Assembly: GCA_042852035.1 (NCBI GenBank)
Contig: BAAFHK010000001.1
Location: 330,001-362,000, forward strand
From: Candidatus Saccharimonadota bacterium
Lineage (GTDB): Bacteria; Patescibacteriota; Gracilibacteria; BD1-5; UBA2023
DNA: 32,000 nucleotides
Reading direction: 5' to 3'
The notes under the pieces were generated by a model, which saw only the letters and a list, made by a program, of their open reading frames with translations, was not told the origin of the DNA and did not search any database. This document shows positions 29,397-32,000 of this stretch, piece by piece. Position 1 is the stretch's first letter; every line of letters begins with the position of its first letter. Made by a program: the position numbers and the translations under genes.

Positions 29397-30881
29397 ATGT
29401 TTTCAGCTAAAAAGCATCATTTTATTAAATACTATTCTGAAAATGAAGGGGAGTGAAGTGTGCCTCGTGAAAGTGATTCTATTGCTCCAAAGGCTACAAC
29501 TCCAGAGGAGCCAACAAAATCAGAATCACAGAAAAAACAAGATTCTTTTCGAGGAAAGCAAGAGTCTTACTTAACTTCTCAGAAGAAGGTTATTTGACTT
29601 GCAACCTCCTTGGAGTCTCTTGCAGACGAAAAAGTCGATGTGGTAATGCAAACAAGTCTTTACATTGAGATTCCTAATCACGACGAAAGGAAAAAGAAAG
29701 TACAACAAACTGTAGGTGAATTCATAGCGAGGTTTAAGCCAGAATTTGATTCACTGAAGTCAAATCTAGAGGCAATAAAGCCTCCTCTTTCAAAGGAAGA
29801 GATTGAATCCCAACTTCAAGATCAGGAATCTCAAGCATTTGAACAATTTATTAATCTAAAATTAAAGGAACAAACTCGAGATAAGGCTAGGGAAAAAAGA
29901 AAGCAAAGACATCTTGAGGCTCTTGTTACTACTGGAGACGAATTACAGGATAAAAAAAATCAAGAATTAATATTACAATTCACGACTGACTATCTTGCTA
30001 CTAAGAAAAAAATTCTTGAGGAACAACCAGAACTTGCTGATAACAAAGAGTGACTCAGAATAGCTGTACAGAAGGCAATCGATGTGCAATTTATTGAATA
30101 CTGTCAACAAAATAGTATTCCTCTCAGTGAGGAATTTATTTCTGGTCAAGAGTCAGCTCTTCAGGCTCAAGACGAATCCGAAGGAGGTGATGAATATGTG
30201 CGAGTTGAAACCCAGTGAAGTGTGTTAGCTGTCCAACAAGAATATCTGGATGCAGCAGAGAAGCTCTCGAAAGCATCAGAGCTTTATAATGAAGTACTAG
30301 AAGATTTTGATAAAGTTGAGGAAATAAAAATTGAAGATGAAACTGTATATGAGCTTCCAAGAAGCATCATTGAGCTTCCACCATGAGAAACAACCGCTTT
30401 TGTGGGCTATACTGGGTGAATAGAAACTGTTTATGAGGCAACTCGAGAAAAAGATGGTGAATATAGTCTCAAGTTCGAAGGTGTGACCCTTATTGATCTC
30501 AAAAAAGAGGATCTTGATATTGTTCTGAGTATAAATGATATTCCAATTATTAATACTCTTTTTTCTCGAGATTCAAGGCTCTACTCTCTACTGAGAAACG
30601 AGTATGGTGCAACATGAAAGGATAAATTTAAAAATCCACCCGATTGATTTATCGAATTTATATATGAACGGTTAAATCAGGCATATCTTGCTACCTTACC
30701 AAATGGTTCTGAATCGTTTCTCTGAATCCCTTTACCAGAATGAACTCCCGAAGAACAAGGTCGCTATATTCGGCGTGTTCTCACTACAAACATATCTATT
30801 AGAGATGAAGCAATGAAACGACTTTATAGTCAAAAAATAGTTATTTGATGAAAAATTAATTTGTCGCTATTTCCAATATAA
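29397..30881 (+). CDS. Hypothetical acidic/coiled-coil protein (494 aa)
   Basis: Table-25 frame from ATG 29397 to TAA 30879-30881, including track ORF 29610..30053. No recognised domain. Confidence 0.6.
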
Positions 30882-30914
30882 AGATTTGGAGAAAAATCAC
30901 TTGCTTCTATACTT

Positions 30915-30938
30915 CCATCATTTATTGATGGTTTTTTT
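30915..30938 (+). terminator. Small intrinsic terminator candidate
   Basis: CCATCA (30915-30920), loop TTTAT, TGATGG (30926-31), then T7. It abuts the tgt ATG. Confidence 0.35.

Positions 30939-32000
<1,062 letters not shown>

Overview
This is an AT-rich (roughly 30-40% GC) bacterial chromosome segment that only reads sensibly under translation table 25 (TGA = Gly, with TAA/TAG as the only stops). That points to a Gracilibacteria/Absconditabacteria (BD1-5/SR1)-type CPR genome. The supplied standard-code ORF track is therefore badly fragmented, and hand re-translation gives about 33 tightly packed genes.

Gene content, in order:
- a nucleotidyltransferase::cupin fusion and atpD-atpC;
- a large NAD-salvage/PRPP neighbourhood: pncA, pncB, a TrmB-like regulator, a MazG-like::apt fusion, prs, a PHP phosphoesterase, an orphan protein, nadE-nadD-Nudix, nrtR and a nadD::queH fusion. 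It carries six AAGTGT-N7/8-ACACTT palindromes that fit NrtR operators;
- a 496-aa orphan gene hidden by 29 in-frame TGA codons;
- rfbB-rfbC-rfbD, a malic enzyme, a secreted repeat protein and TerC;
- a 970-aa orphan plus MoxR ATPase operon flanked by orphan coiled-coil genes;
- tgt, truncated at the 3' window edge.

The most unusual element is a ~2.1 kb GC-rich (48-57%) two-gene island at 13.3-15.4 kb, encoding a polytopic membrane protein and a LemA-like protein, inserted inside the NAD cluster. It is written in the standard code: no internal TGA, both ORFs stop at TGA, and it has strong Shine-Dalgarno sites and a GC-rich terminator, unlike every host gene inspected.

No rRNA, tRNA, CRISPR array or transposase was recognised. 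All protein family calls come from motif recognition by eye, with no searches run.
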